Translations under genes and position numbers: made by a program
Assembly: GCA_030390025.1 (NCBI GenBank)
Contig: CM059432.1
Location: 80,540,001 to 80,604,000, forward strand
Source: Squalus acanthias
Taxonomy: Eukaryota
Direction of reading: 5' to 3'
Length of the DNA: 64,000 bases
Notes under the pieces: model-generated
Told to the model about the DNA's origin: nothing
Seen by the model: the letters and a program-made list of their open reading frames with translations, nothing else
Databases searched by the model: none
Shown here: piece by piece, positions 37,359 to 49,169 of the stretch
Position numbering within the stretch: the stretch's first letter is position 1
Layout of the letters: each line of letters begins with the position of its first letter

Positions 37359-38562
37359 TTGACCTTGGATGGGGTACAGCACAGATTCATCAGAATGAAA
37401 GCAGGGCTTAAAGGGGTAAATAATTAGTACAGGTTGCAAAAACTTGGTTTGTATACCTTTGAGTTTAGAAGATTGAGGGGTGATATAATCAAGGGGGGAA
37501 ATATTTGGTGTTGCCCCTTTTGGGTCGCTAACGTCGCCAGGGTGCTAATTTTAGCGCCCCAAAAAAATTAGCACCCCTTCGCCTGAGATTCAGTTGTAGC
37601 GCCCCAAGCAGGAGGTGGAGCACTACTGGAAGCTCTCCACCTCCTTCTTGGGGCACTACAACTGAATATCGCGGCGCTACGTGCAACAGCGCCACGCGCA
37701 TTGGCACATAGCGCTGCGTCATTGCAGGCCTCCCTCCCCTGATTAAAGGGGAGGGGCCTAGCGCTGCACGCACCGGGGCCCTGCTGGACCACCGGGGAGC
37801 GGGGTGCCGTGAAAACAGCCCGGCACTCCAGAGGAGTGCCGGACTGAGCGATCGTGGCCGGCACCCCGAAGAAAAAAGGGGAAGGGGGCAGGCGCTGGCA
37901 GTCGGCCAAAAAAAATGGCCGCACGACACCTGCCCTTTAAGTAGCGCCGCCGCGGCTACAAAAACGCCCCCCTGATCCTGTTGGACATATCGTCCAGTGA
38001 TAGGTCAGGGGGCGCAACCCATGTCTGCGGCCGGGGGCGCTGCGCACTCACCGGTGGCGCAGCGCCACAGGGCGCTACTAGCTACCACCGCCGCTAACCT
38101 CCCACTGAATTTCGCGGGAGGCGTTAGTGGCGCTCTGCCCAGGCGCTAGAGGATTAGCACCCCGTTAACGAGAGGCGCAAATCAACCCAATTTTTCCCCG
38201 AGGTGTTTAAAATTATTACAGAATTTGCTCGAGTAGATACAGAGAAACTATTCCCTCTGGTGGGAGAATCAGAACAAGGGGACATAATATTAAAATTAGA
38301 GCTAGACCATTCAGAAATGAAATCAGGAAGCACTTTTCCACACAAAGGGTAGTGGACATCTGGAACTTGTTCCCGAAAAGGCTGTGGATGCTGGGTGAAT
38401 TGAAATTTTCAAGACTGAGATTGCTAGATTTTTCTTAGCTAAGAGTATCAAGTGATATGGAACAAACGTGGGTAAATGGAGTTGAGGTACAGATCAACCA
38501 TGATCTACTTGAATGATGGAACAGGACCGAGGACCAGATTTGCCTGCAAATGTTGCTATGTG
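37359..38562 (+). mobile_element. CR1 LINE 3' end interrupted by a MITE
   Basis: GVQHRF..LGLYTFEFRRLRGDII|EVFKII continues across the insertion. 3' UTR near 38490-38560. Confidence 0.8.
37494..38199. mobile_element. GC-rich Harbinger-type MITE (family B, copy 1)
   Basis: ggggg-aaatatt / aatttttcccc termini. TSD aag/gag (one change consistent with CpG decay). Homologous to 53934-54593. Confidence 0.85.
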
Positions 38563-38949
38563 CCTTATTTACACATGCTTGCTAACGATTCAAGGCTCTC
38601 ATACAGAGCAAGTAAGCAGTCGTAACCAATCAGTAATATTACTGTTTATTATATGTAAGTATTAAACGGTTCTCTAATTAGATAAATACATAGATAATGA
38701 ATCTAAAATTATTAAGTTAAATGCATCAAATTGTCAATTATTTAGTTCTGTTCCTACAATATTATGGTATATTAATATCCAAAAATAAATACATCAAAAT
38801 ATAACTAAGTCTCCATGTCATTGAATCAATTACATTTAAAGTTCAATATAGAGGACAATTCATGCTTTGAAAAAGAACTCTTATACTGAGTGAATGAAAA
38901 AAGATCAGAACGGGAGCTCAAAGTTGTTTATTTTGAGCTGTAATCTAAG

Positions 38950-40568
38950 GTCCCGGCAGACTGGAAAACTGCTAATGTAACACCCTTATTTAAAAAGGGC
39001 AGTAGACAGAAGGCTGGTAACTATAGACCGGTTAGCCTAACATCTGTGGTAGGTAAAATTTTGGAGTCCATTATTAAGGAAACAGTAACAGGACATTTGG
39101 ATAATCATAATTTAATAGGACAAAGTCAGCATGGTTTTACGAAGGGGAAGTCATGTTTGACAAATTTGCTGGAGTTCTTTGAGGAAGTAACATATAGAGT
39201 GGATAAAGGGGAACCAGTGGACGTAGTGTATTTAGACTTCCAAAAGGCATTTGACAAGGTGCCACACAAAAGATTATTGCTTAAGGTAAAAAATCACGGG
39301 ATTGGGGGTAATATTCTGGCATGGATAGAGGATTGGCTATCTAACAGAAAGCAAAGAGTTGGGATAAATGGTTCATTCTCAGACTGGCAATCAGTAACTA
39401 GTGGTGTTCCACAGGGGTCAGTGCTGGGTCCCCAACTCTTCACAATCTATATTAACGATTTGGAGGAAGGGACCAAGTGTAACATATCAAAATTTGCAGA
39501 TGATACAAAGATGGGAGGGAAAGTAGTGAGTGAGGAGGACATAAAAAACCTGCAAGGGGACATAGACAGGCTAAGTAAGTGGGCAGAGATTTGGCAGATG
39601 GAATACAACACTGGAAAGTGTGAGGTGATGCACTTTGGCAGGAAAAATCCTAGAGCAATTTATTATCTTAATGGCAAGAAACTGGAGAGTACTGAAGTGC
39701 AAAGGGATCTGGGGGTCCTGGTGCACGAAACTCAAAAGGTTAGTATGCAGGTGCAGCAAGTGATTAAGAAGGCAAATGGAATGTTGGCTTTCATTGCTAG
39801 GGGGATAGAATATAAAAATAGGGAGGTATTGCTTCAGTTGTACAAGGTATTGGTGAGACCGCACCTGGAATACTGCATACAGTTTTGGTGTCCTTACTTA
39901 AGGAAAGACATCCTTGCTCTCGAGGCAGTGCAAAAAAGGTTCACTCGGTTAATCCCGGGGATGAGGGGGTGGTCATATGAGGAGAGGTTGGGTAGATTGG
40001 GACTCTACTCATTGGAGTTCAGAAGAATGAGAGGCGATCTTATTGAAACATATAAGATTGTGAAGGGGTTGGATCGGGTGGATGCGGGGAGGATGTTCCC
40101 GATGACGGGTGAGACGAGAACTAGGGGACATAGTCTTAGAATAAGGGGCTGCTCTTTCAAAACTGAGATGAGGAGGAACTACTTCACTCAGAGGGTGGTA
40201 GGTCCATGGAATATGCTGCCACAAAAAGCTGTAGAAGCTACAACATTAATTAAATTTAAAACAGAAATAGACAGTTTCCTAGAAGTAAAGGGCATTAAGG
40301 GTTACGGGGAGCGGGCAGGAATTTGGACATGAGTCTAGGTTCGGATCGGTCATGGCCCTGTGGGTAGTGGAGCGGGCCCAGGGACTGTGTAGCCTGATTC
40401 TGCTCCTATTTCGTGTGTGCAATTCTGTTAGATGCAGGAGATGGTTCTGTGATAGATAGTAGATTGGCGGTTAGGATCAGATCAGCCATGATCTTATTGA
40501 ATGGCGGAGCAGGCTCGAGGGGCCGATTGGCCTACTCCTGCTCCTATTTCTTATGTTCTTATGTTCTT
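38950..40568 (+). mobile_element. Young 5'-truncated CR1 LINE with an uninterrupted RT and C-terminal frame (to 40332) and a complete 3' UTR
   Basis: VPADWKTANVTPLFKKG, YLDFQKAFDKVPH, SGVPQGSVLGP, KFADDTK, LEYCIQFW. Tail (cttatgtt)n. Confidence 0.95.
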
Positions 40569-40618
40569 ATCTCACTGATACCCTTCCCAGTGTTGTCATG
40601 TCAGATTACGATTATTAA

Positions 40619-41843
40619 AAGAAAGATTTGCATTTATATGGCATCTTTCACAACCTCAGGACATTCCAAAGCGCTTTACACTTCACTTTGAAGTGTAGGA
40701 AACGCAGCCGCTAACTTGCAAGCTTCCACAAATAGCAATGTGATAATGACCAGATAATCTGTTTTAGTGATGTTGATTGAGGGATAAATATTGGCCAGGA
40801 CAATGGGGCCCTTCTCTTCTTCAAAATCTTTTACATTCACCTGAGAGGGCAGATGGGGCCTCGGTTTAATGTCTCATCCGAAAGACAGCGGGCTGGATTT
40901 TGAAGTTGGAGTCGGGTTGGGGTCGGGAATCACACATTCTGGCTTGTGAACCCGCCTCCATCGAGATGTGGCAAACCCACTGTATTTTCCCTTGATTGAC
41001 CTTGTTGAGCCCGCCCAGTGGGCTCAGCAGGCCAATTAAGGGCCACCCGGCAACAGGTGACGTCACAGACTGACATTTCATCTGTCAAGAGCTTTTGACA
41101 GATGAAATATCAGCGTTTGACAGCTCTGTGAAGCTGTCAAACACTCACAATGTGATTTCTAACTTCAGTCCTTCCTTTCAGGCTGAGTTAGAAATCATTC
41201 CAGCACAAAACAGAAGGCTGCAGGTTTTGACAGAACCACGGCTTTCCTGCTTTCTGTACCGGTGAGATTTCTAACTCCCGAGAACTGAAGGGCTGACACC
41301 TGCAGGAGGAAGTTAAGGTAAGTAAAACTGTTTTTAACACTTAGCACTTAGCTCTGCACACATGCACCCATCACTCACCTGCCCACCGGACATATCGACC
41401 CCTCCAACCCCTGCAGACCCACGGCCCGCCCCGATAACTTGGAGTGGTTGCCACCTGTCGGGAAGCCCACAGTTTTCTTTTTAAAATAGGGATTATGCGA
41501 AAAACTGCCTGTAATTGTCACTAATCCCTTCCCGCCTCGGGGAGTCGGGTCTCAGAACAGGTCGGGTACCCGCCGCCAGAGAAACTGGCATGGAGGCGGG
41601 TTGGAGTTGGGATGGAGTCGGGACTCCTGAATCTGCAACTTTAACCCCTCCCCCCCGCCTCCAAACCCGACTCCACGGGTCATTGAAAATCCAGCCCTTT
41701 ATCTCCGTCAATGCAGCACTCCCTCAGTATTGCCACTGGAGTGTCAGCCTAGATTTATTGTGCTCAAGTCTCTGGAGTGGGACTTGACCCCACAACCTTC
41801 TGACTCAGAGGCGAGAGTGCTACCAACTGAGCCACAGCTGACA
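40619..41843 (-). mobile_element. SacSINE1-like Deu-SINE interrupted by a MITE
   Basis: Reverse complement of the 55218-55668 SINE, split at 40889/41698. Confidence 0.85.
40890..41697. mobile_element. Harbinger-type MITE (family C, copy 1)
   Basis: 12-bp perfect TIR gggctggatttt / aaaatccagccc, same as the element 1 terminus. Homologous to 51501-52323. No clean TSD. Confidence 0.85.
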
Positions 41844-42182
41844 CTATTAAGGGAGAGGAAGTTCTCCATCCTGAGTTAAGAAGTCTAAAACCATGTCCTG
41901 CTGAGAAAGGATGTATTAAATCACCAGCCCTTAAATCTGGCTGCTTCTGCAGCTGAGATCAGAGAGATTTTAACTTGTGCATGATCAAAGATTAAAATGC
42001 AAACTATAAAGGGCTCACCAGCTCATAGGGCAAGTGATTTGATGCGGCATGACTTTCTATAAAACATTTCTACATTTACCACATGTAGCATGACTTGCTT
42101 CCTGAATACTGCAATCTGCATTAAACAGTCCCAGAGTGAGTGAAAGCACCAATTTCTGAGCAATAACAAATCACTTGCCTAA

Positions 42183-43110
42183 TCATAGAATCATCGAATG
42201 ATCCAGCACAGAAGGAGGCCATTCGGCCCATCGTGCCTTTGGTAGAGCTATCCAATGAATCCCACTCCCCTGCTCTTTCCCCACAGCCCTGTAATTTTTT
42301 CCATACAAGTATTTATCCAATTCCCTTTGAATGTTATTATTGAATCTACTTCCACCACCCTTTCAGGGAGTGCATTCCAGATCACAACACCTCACTGTGT
42401 AAAAAAATGTTTCCTCGTGTCGCCTCTGGTTCTTTTGCCAATCACCTTAAATCTGTGTCCTCTGGTTACCGACCCTTCTGCCACTGGAAACAGTTTCTCC
42501 TGATTTACTCTATCAAAACCCTTCATGATTTTGAACACCTCTATCAAAACTTCTCTTAACCTTCTCTGCTCTAAGGAAAACAATCCTAGCTTCTCCAGTC
42601 TCTCTACATAACCCATCCCTGGTACCATTCTAGTAAATCTCTCCTGCACCCTCTCCAAGGCCTTAACATCCTTCCTAAAGTGTGGTGCCCAGAATTGAAC
42701 ACAATACTCCAGCTGAGGCCCAACCAGTGCTTTATAAAGGTTTAGCATAACTTAGTTGCTTTTGTACTCTATTCCTCTGTTACAAAAACCAAGGATCCCA
42801 TCAATGCCCCATTGATCTCTAGGTACACCATATTGTAGGGCTTTCCACAGTCTACTTCAGTTGCCTCTTCCTCAAAAAGGTTAGTCAGACAGGATTTTCC
42901 CTTTCTGAATCCATGTTGACTACTGTTTATAGGGTTATTATTGTACAGATAATCTTCAAATTTACCCCTGATAGTATATTTCATAATTTTACTCAGGATT
43001 CACGTAAGAGGAAAGGGTCTGTAGTTGCCTTTTTTTGCTTCATTTGCAAATGGACACTATATTAGCCTGCTTTTAATCTGCTAATAACTCTCCAGTGTCC
43101 AACGCTGTCT
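42183..43110 (-). mobile_element. CR1 LINE 3' end (42183-42810) abutting an older CR1 RT fragment
   Basis: LEYCVQFWAPHFRKDVKALERVQ and SQHGFRKGKSCLTNL on the minus strand. (catagaat) tail. Confidence 0.88.
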
Positions 43111-43495
43111 CATAATTACGGCTGCGTCTATTTGCAACACATTTCTGATTGGTCCCCTTGGAGGACAAGACACAACCAACAGTTTGTTTGGAATGTGTAA
43201 TTTGATCCTGCCTGCTGTAGACAACCCTGCAATGTGTAATTTGATCCAGTCTTGCTAGTGAGCCTACAGAAAGTGGAAGTATAGTTAGCTTTGTGAAGAT
43301 CCTCTGTTATCTAGTATTCTGCAATTGTAATTATAGTTGTCCTTGGCTGGTAAAATAAAAGACTTTATACTCTAATAAGTGGATTAGTTAATTCTTTGGA
43401 GTTTTGTTTTTTTTTCTTCTGGAGTGATAATTATTTAATTCTGAATGAAGTGACCATGTGCGTGGGGGTCCATGTGCGTGGGGTCCGTGTGTGTA

Positions 43496-43582
43496 TCCAA
43501 CCTTCTGACACACCAGTGAGTTCACACTGGGGAGAGGCTGTTCACCTGCTCTGTGTGCGAGAAGGGATTCACTAATTCATCC
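43496..43582 (+). pseudogene. Isolated C2H2 zinc-finger fragment [28 protein letters not shown]
   Basis: HTGER linker and CxxC..F pattern, about one finger unit long. Stop consistent with CGA>TGA. Confidence 0.85.
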
Positions 43583-44600
43583 GGTTGGAAGAACGTGAAC
43601 GTGATCCACGTCAACAGAGGGGGGAGAAAGTGATCTGTCTTCCCATTTGGATCACATTCTCGCTCTCAACCCCCCCCCATTTTTGATCTGGATCACATTC
43701 TTTCCCTGTCCCCACTGTTCTCTAACCTCCACCCTCCCCACAGGTTCCTGACCTTCCCCCTTCCCGCCGAGCTCCTGACCTTCTCCCCCTTCAAGCTCCT
43801 CTCTCCCCTCTCCTCTCTCTTTCTCCCGCCTCCTCTCCTCTCTCTCTCCCCCCAAGCTCCTCTCTCCTCCCCACCCCAAGCTCCTCTCACCCCCCGAGCT
43901 CCTCTCTCCAGGCTCAGCAATGTGCGTCGGCAGGCCCCACTTCCGGTTTACGCATGCCCGACCGGATTGAGTGCGCATGTGCAGTACCAAAACGGTCTTC
44001 AGACTCCCCAGACGGTCTTCAGGCATCCCAAACAGGGATGCATGTGCAGTAGGACTCAGAACACCGTGAAAATAATCATTCTGCATAATTACCATCAGTG
44101 CCTCACAAATGTCCTTCCTAGTCTCTCTGTACTCTGGGATAAATACCATCTGTCTCTCAGGATTTATTTGTTTTTTAGCCCTCTTAGCTGAATACATCCA
44201 TTTCATTTATATCAAAGTCATTAATTCTGCTTAGGTTATCTCTGCCTAGGGAGGGCATGTTACTCATTTCTGCTCCTGTGAATATTTGGAATAAGTAATC
44301 ATTCAGAAATTAACTATCTTGAACTCACTTGTCAGGTCGGAATTTTAACTCCTGGGCAGAGAGCTGGTGAGATATGTTGACCGCCTGCAGTGGGAGGCCA
44401 GGTCCATTTTAATGGTTGGGCCTCATTAACATTCCACTAGCCAGCTGTCCACCGAAATGGGTGTCCAGAGACAGCTTGCCAGCTTTAGGACTGTGAAGAT
44501 TGAGCAGCCCAGAGGCCACCAATCAGGCAGTTAAGTTATAAAAACAGAAAATGCTGGAAATACTCAGCAGGACAGGCAGCATCTGTGGAGAGAGAAACAG

Positions 44601-44637
44601 AGTTAACGTTTCAGGTCGATGCCCCTTCATCAGAACT
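44601..44637 (-). ncRNA. Putative minimal type-I hammerhead ribozyme, inverted copy
   Basis: Minus strand reads AGTT-CTGATGA-aggggcatcgacct-GAAAC-GTT-AACT. Confidence 0.62.
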
Positions 44638-44984
44638 GGAAAAAGCTGAAGATCGAACAGGTTTTTAAGCAAGTGCAGGGGCACGGAACCTCTGCCCCTA
44701 TCCTTTTTTTCCCCATTTATTTTAATTTTTTTTCTCTCTCCCACATGGCAGCTGTCTTTCATTCTGCCAGTGCCATTTACGCTTCATCTAGAGCCATCTT
44801 TTGTTTCTTAACTTGTCCCATTGCCATCTCCTTTTGCCTTGCACCATCTCTTAATCTCTCTTAATGTCTCTTAATCTCTCCTGCCTTCCATCCTATCACA
44901 GACCTTCCTTTTGTTCTTTCCTCCCCTCCCCCTTTCCCTGTTCCTACACTTGCTTAAAAACCTGTTCCATCTCCAGCTATTTCC

Positions 44985-45021
44985 AGTTCTGACGAAGGGT
45001 CATCAGCCTGAAACGTTAACT
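44985..45021 (+). ncRNA. Putative minimal type-I hammerhead ribozyme (Penelope pLTR type)
   Basis: AGTT-CTGACGA-agggtcatcagcct-GAAAC-GTT-AACT: core boxes, stem I AGTT/AACT, imperfect stem II and palindromic AACGTT in place of stem III. Confidence 0.65.
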
Positions 45022-45668
45022 CTGTTTCTCTCTCCACAGAGGCTGCCTGACCTGCTGAGTATTTCCAGCATTTTCTGTTTTTATTTCAGATTTCCAGCAT
45101 CCGCAGTATTTTGCTTTTGTAGGCAGTTAAGTAAGTTGGGGGGGGGGATTCAAGATGGTTTCACGGGTCAGAGGGAAAGCCTGGGGTGGCAGTGGCCCAC
45201 ATGCTGTTGTGGGGTTGGAGGAGCGCTTCTCCGGACCCCACAATGATATGTTTTAAACTTACCGGACATGGCCTCCGCTGGGTGTCTGCCTGCTTTTACT
45301 GAGTGGAGCATCTGCAGCAGACGTTCCACTCAGTCAGCAGTTAATATTGTATTGGGGTCTGACTGCCATCAGAGGACCCAGATTTACATGTATTCATAAT
45401 GCTTCCGCCTGAGTCAGGTGGGCATCTCAACCGCCCAAGAAAACAGTGGCATTAAAACCGCGGCTGGGCAGGAAAAGAGGGATAAGTCCACCACTTATAG
45501 GATTGATAACTCCCATTCTGCCTGGTTTGTGGCAGGCAGAGGCAGTTCAAATTCTCCCTCTTTTCAGTGCATCATTTATAATTTTCACCTTTTCTCTGAC
45601 TGTCCTCTTACTGTTGAATTACTGATAGAATTTCTTATTTTTATGTTTGGATCTGCAGGTATGTTTTC

Positions 45669-46200
45669 TTAAAGGTCTCTTTTTGCTTTTCTGATCACCC
45701 TTTCAACTGGTTTCTTCATGTTCCTATATTCATCCCAGTGAGCTCCTTCCCGTTTCTCCCTACATGATTTGCAGAACTTGTTCTTCCTCCTCATTTCACT
45801 TCTGATGAATTTGTTAACCCATTTAGGATCACACTGAGATATGTATTTATCCTGCATGCTCAGCATTATCCCTTTAAAGATGTTCCACTTGTCCTTCACT
45901 GAAGTATTGTTGAACAACCCCATCCCCCAGTCAATTTGCTTAAGCTGTTCCCTCATTTTTTCGAAGTTAGGTTTTCTTAAAGTTACATCCCTGGCTCCTG
46001 TTCCTTGTTTCTGTTGACTCTTAGGCGTATAAATTCTGTAGTTGCTATCCCCAAGGGTGTCACAACTTATATTTCCCATATGTTGTCTGGGTCACTTAGA
46101 AATACCAAGTCAAGATATGTACTGCCTGACGCACTGGATAATGAAGTAGTGATGCATTGCATTTATCAACTCTGACTCTGAATTTCTTGGGTATTCCCAA
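45669..46200 (-). mobile_element. Old CR1 ORF2 fragment (endonuclease/linker region)
   Basis: LRKPNFEKMREQLKQIDW..KWNIFK..VIRKAKR parallels the 1383..2027 CR1 peptide. Confidence 0.7.
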
Positions 46201-49169
46201 TTTATATTTGGTTGCCCATTAAAATCACTTAGCGTTTTCTCTCATCTGCTTCCTACTTCTTCATAGAGCTAACAGTCTTCCTTTTTCCGATGACCTTGTG
46301 GTCTGCTGCCAGAGTGCTATGTGCTTCCCTCTGTGATGGCCCATCAAGTTTACAATGAACTGCTGTTAACATGTGCTGGAAGGCAACTTTGTAAAAAGAA
46401 ACAAAATGTGATCTTGGCAAACTACGTGAGAGCAAAACATTTTTCCTCACCTGCTTCCAGATTTCGTGCACATGTGAGACAACTCTCACCCCAGGACAGC
46501 TTTAAAAGCAACCAGCAGCCCTCCAAGAGCTGGATAATCTTCCCCTTAACTTTGGTGTACTTCTAATATGAAGTGTGTTGCCTGCCAGGAATGCTCCAAT
46601 TATATGTTAATAAGTGTTTGACCTAAATGTCAGAAAACTGCCAATCTTAATAAGCTCGTATTTGCCATTTAAAGCTTGTGGAAAAAAAAGAATCACGAGA
46701 AGTGTTGTTATTCCTTTAATCTCCTCCCTTATCTTACATATATATGTTCTTGAGATGGTTAGCATTTTTCATTGTTTAATAAGCAAAGTATAAATTACCT
46801 CTTTACAGGCAGGAGCTCTTAATATTCATGCATTAAAGAATATTTCTGTAAATTCTAACTTGATCTCTTTCCTTCTTTAAATCAGTTCAGTGAAGGCACT
46901 CAGTGAACACTTGAGCCCCTACCAAATGCTGCTTCAAGCAATTGTCGCTATTAATTTTAGTATTAAAATATTAAAAATAACTGTACAATAAAATTCACAT
47001 TATATAAATATACTTACTATACACAGATCATATATTCTGTCTCCCTCTCCTGCTGCCTCTTTCTGCTCCCACCCAAGCACGGTGCTTCTTTCCCTGCTCC
47101 CCACGACAGATCAACACCTGCAAGAAAAGCCATGTAGCTGCCATTCCCAGCTGTGAAGCAGAAAGCAGCTATTAGTTTCTTTAAAGTGCTTCCTGCATTT
47201 TTATTTAGTCCTGGGAAAGCACTCTTGTGAAACCTCTGCGAGGATAATGAGTTCTTGAAGGCTTGTAGCCTTCATTCTGCTTCGCCTCCCTCCCCCTAAA
47301 ATATTGCCAAATGCCAGCCTTCCAATAATACCACATCCGAGCCCTTTCCTCATTACTTCAATGTCCTAATCTCTTCCTATATTTTTGGAACTCTCCCAAA
47401 CTGTCTGAGACCCATATGCCTCTCTTTTCAGTATTTCTGTACCATGTGATCATCTTCCCTCTGCTGCATATCCATAAAAGCACTTCAATGCTGTAGAACA
47501 CTGACAGTACAAATGTCAAAGCAAAGTTGGCCATGGACCCTTTAAGGAAACCGGCTGATGACGCGTCATGAATGACGTCATCAGACCTGCTTCCTCTAAT
47601 TGGACCGGGAAACGCGCTGGGCGGGCTTAACAAGCCCTATCAACGTAAGTTCATTTTAGGCAGCGGGCTGGAGCCAGCAGCGGGGCCGTGACCCGCCACC
47701 GACATTGCCCGCCCTGGACCCGCCGAGGTGCGCAAAATCTCGGCTTAGGTCACTGTTTACTGTTTCAGAAATCCACCATTTACCTGCCACTATTCCTCAA
47801 CCGCCCAACACACCACTCCTGGGGTCAGCCTTAGCTCAATGGTAGCTCTCTCACCTCTGAGTCAGAGTAACGGGTATGATCAGAGTTGCTTAGTTCAATC
47901 AGAGCCACTTTTGCTCGTGTAATGAGGCAAAATAAACGTGATGCTATCCCACTTTCCTACTTTGGTTAGTTGTTATAACTTAAACAGAATAAAATTTCTG
48001 CATTGTGTCCTATAGTTCTTGAGCAAAACTATTCTTCCTTTGCAGCCCTTTTCTTACTGGCTGCCTATAGAGCCCTATTTTCAAAAAACAGGCTTTTGGT
48101 GCCTTTGTCTCTTTTGTAAAAGCCTGATTGCATTGTCAGTTTTTAGACAAGCCTGACTACCTGCTCCCTAGGAGCAAATAAGTTCAAATGAATAGAATTG
48201 TAGTAGCAATGAGTGTGAATGGCTGACATGTCAAACTATCCCTCATTGTCTCCGGGATGCTGGATTCGGATGTCCTGTCTGAAATCCAGTGCACACTGTC
48301 CTGTGAATTCAACCCATTTAAAGCAAGCTTTAACTTAAAAGCGCATTTTAAAATAATTCATAATTAGATAATTTCTGTGAAAAAATGGTCATAAAATGCA
48401 GAAAAGTGACGAGCATCTTCCCTGCCACAAAAAAAGTGCAGATGTAAAATTGGTCACATGGATAAACAAACTTACAATAAGGTCACTGATTCACAATTTC
48501 TGTGACGATATGGACATAATCATATAATTTGAACCTAAAAGTACCTTTAACTATTTTTAATAAACACATTATTTCACATACTCAATCACTTTAATCAGTG
48601 ATTCAGATAATATATTCTATATTGCATAAAACAGCATATCCTCTGACTCTGTGAGCCATGCCATAGGAGGCACATGAGTTGTATTGTAATTGGTCATAAT
48701 ATGTGCTCAGGGGAGAGTGCTCAAATACTCATTCTTTTTTACAAACCTGTAGATTGAGTACTAGATTTCTCATCGGCACATTTTCAGTTGATGTCTGATG
48801 GAAGAAACCAACTGTCAGTATTTTATTCAAAAAGAAAACAGTGCAGCCTTTCGCTGGAGATTGTGCATCAGAAACAAGTGGAAAATCTCCTAGCTGTCAA
48901 GACTTTGGCCTGATATAAAAGAGTCAGATATAACACCTTGTGCAGTGTCTGTCTGCTGATTTATTTGCTTCTCCCATTTCATTGCTGTCCTTCGAAATGA
49001 GTCTGATTCTTTGTATGGTATCTGCGTAACAAGTTCGGGTGAGTTGAAAATATGGAACTGACCTTCTATCCGGACTTACACTCCAAGGACCAGTTGTTCC
49101 CTTATCTTTGCTGAGTTTGTACGGAATATAAGAGCTAGCAGAAGCATTAGAATCCATATATAACGATTC

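Larger units (their letters stand above)
44537..45120. mobile_element. Short non-coding Penelope-like insertion with inverted terminal repeats
   Basis: About 44539-44680 is an inverted copy of about 44945-45084. 12-bp TSD aggcagttaagt (44525-44536 and 45121-45132). Confidence 0.88.

Noticed and set aside
39046..40332. 428-aa RT ORF as a novel reverse-transcriptase system or host gene
   Set aside because: It is a typical 5'-truncated CR1 ORF2 with its own 3' UTR and tail. It lacks the endonuclease and a real start codon.
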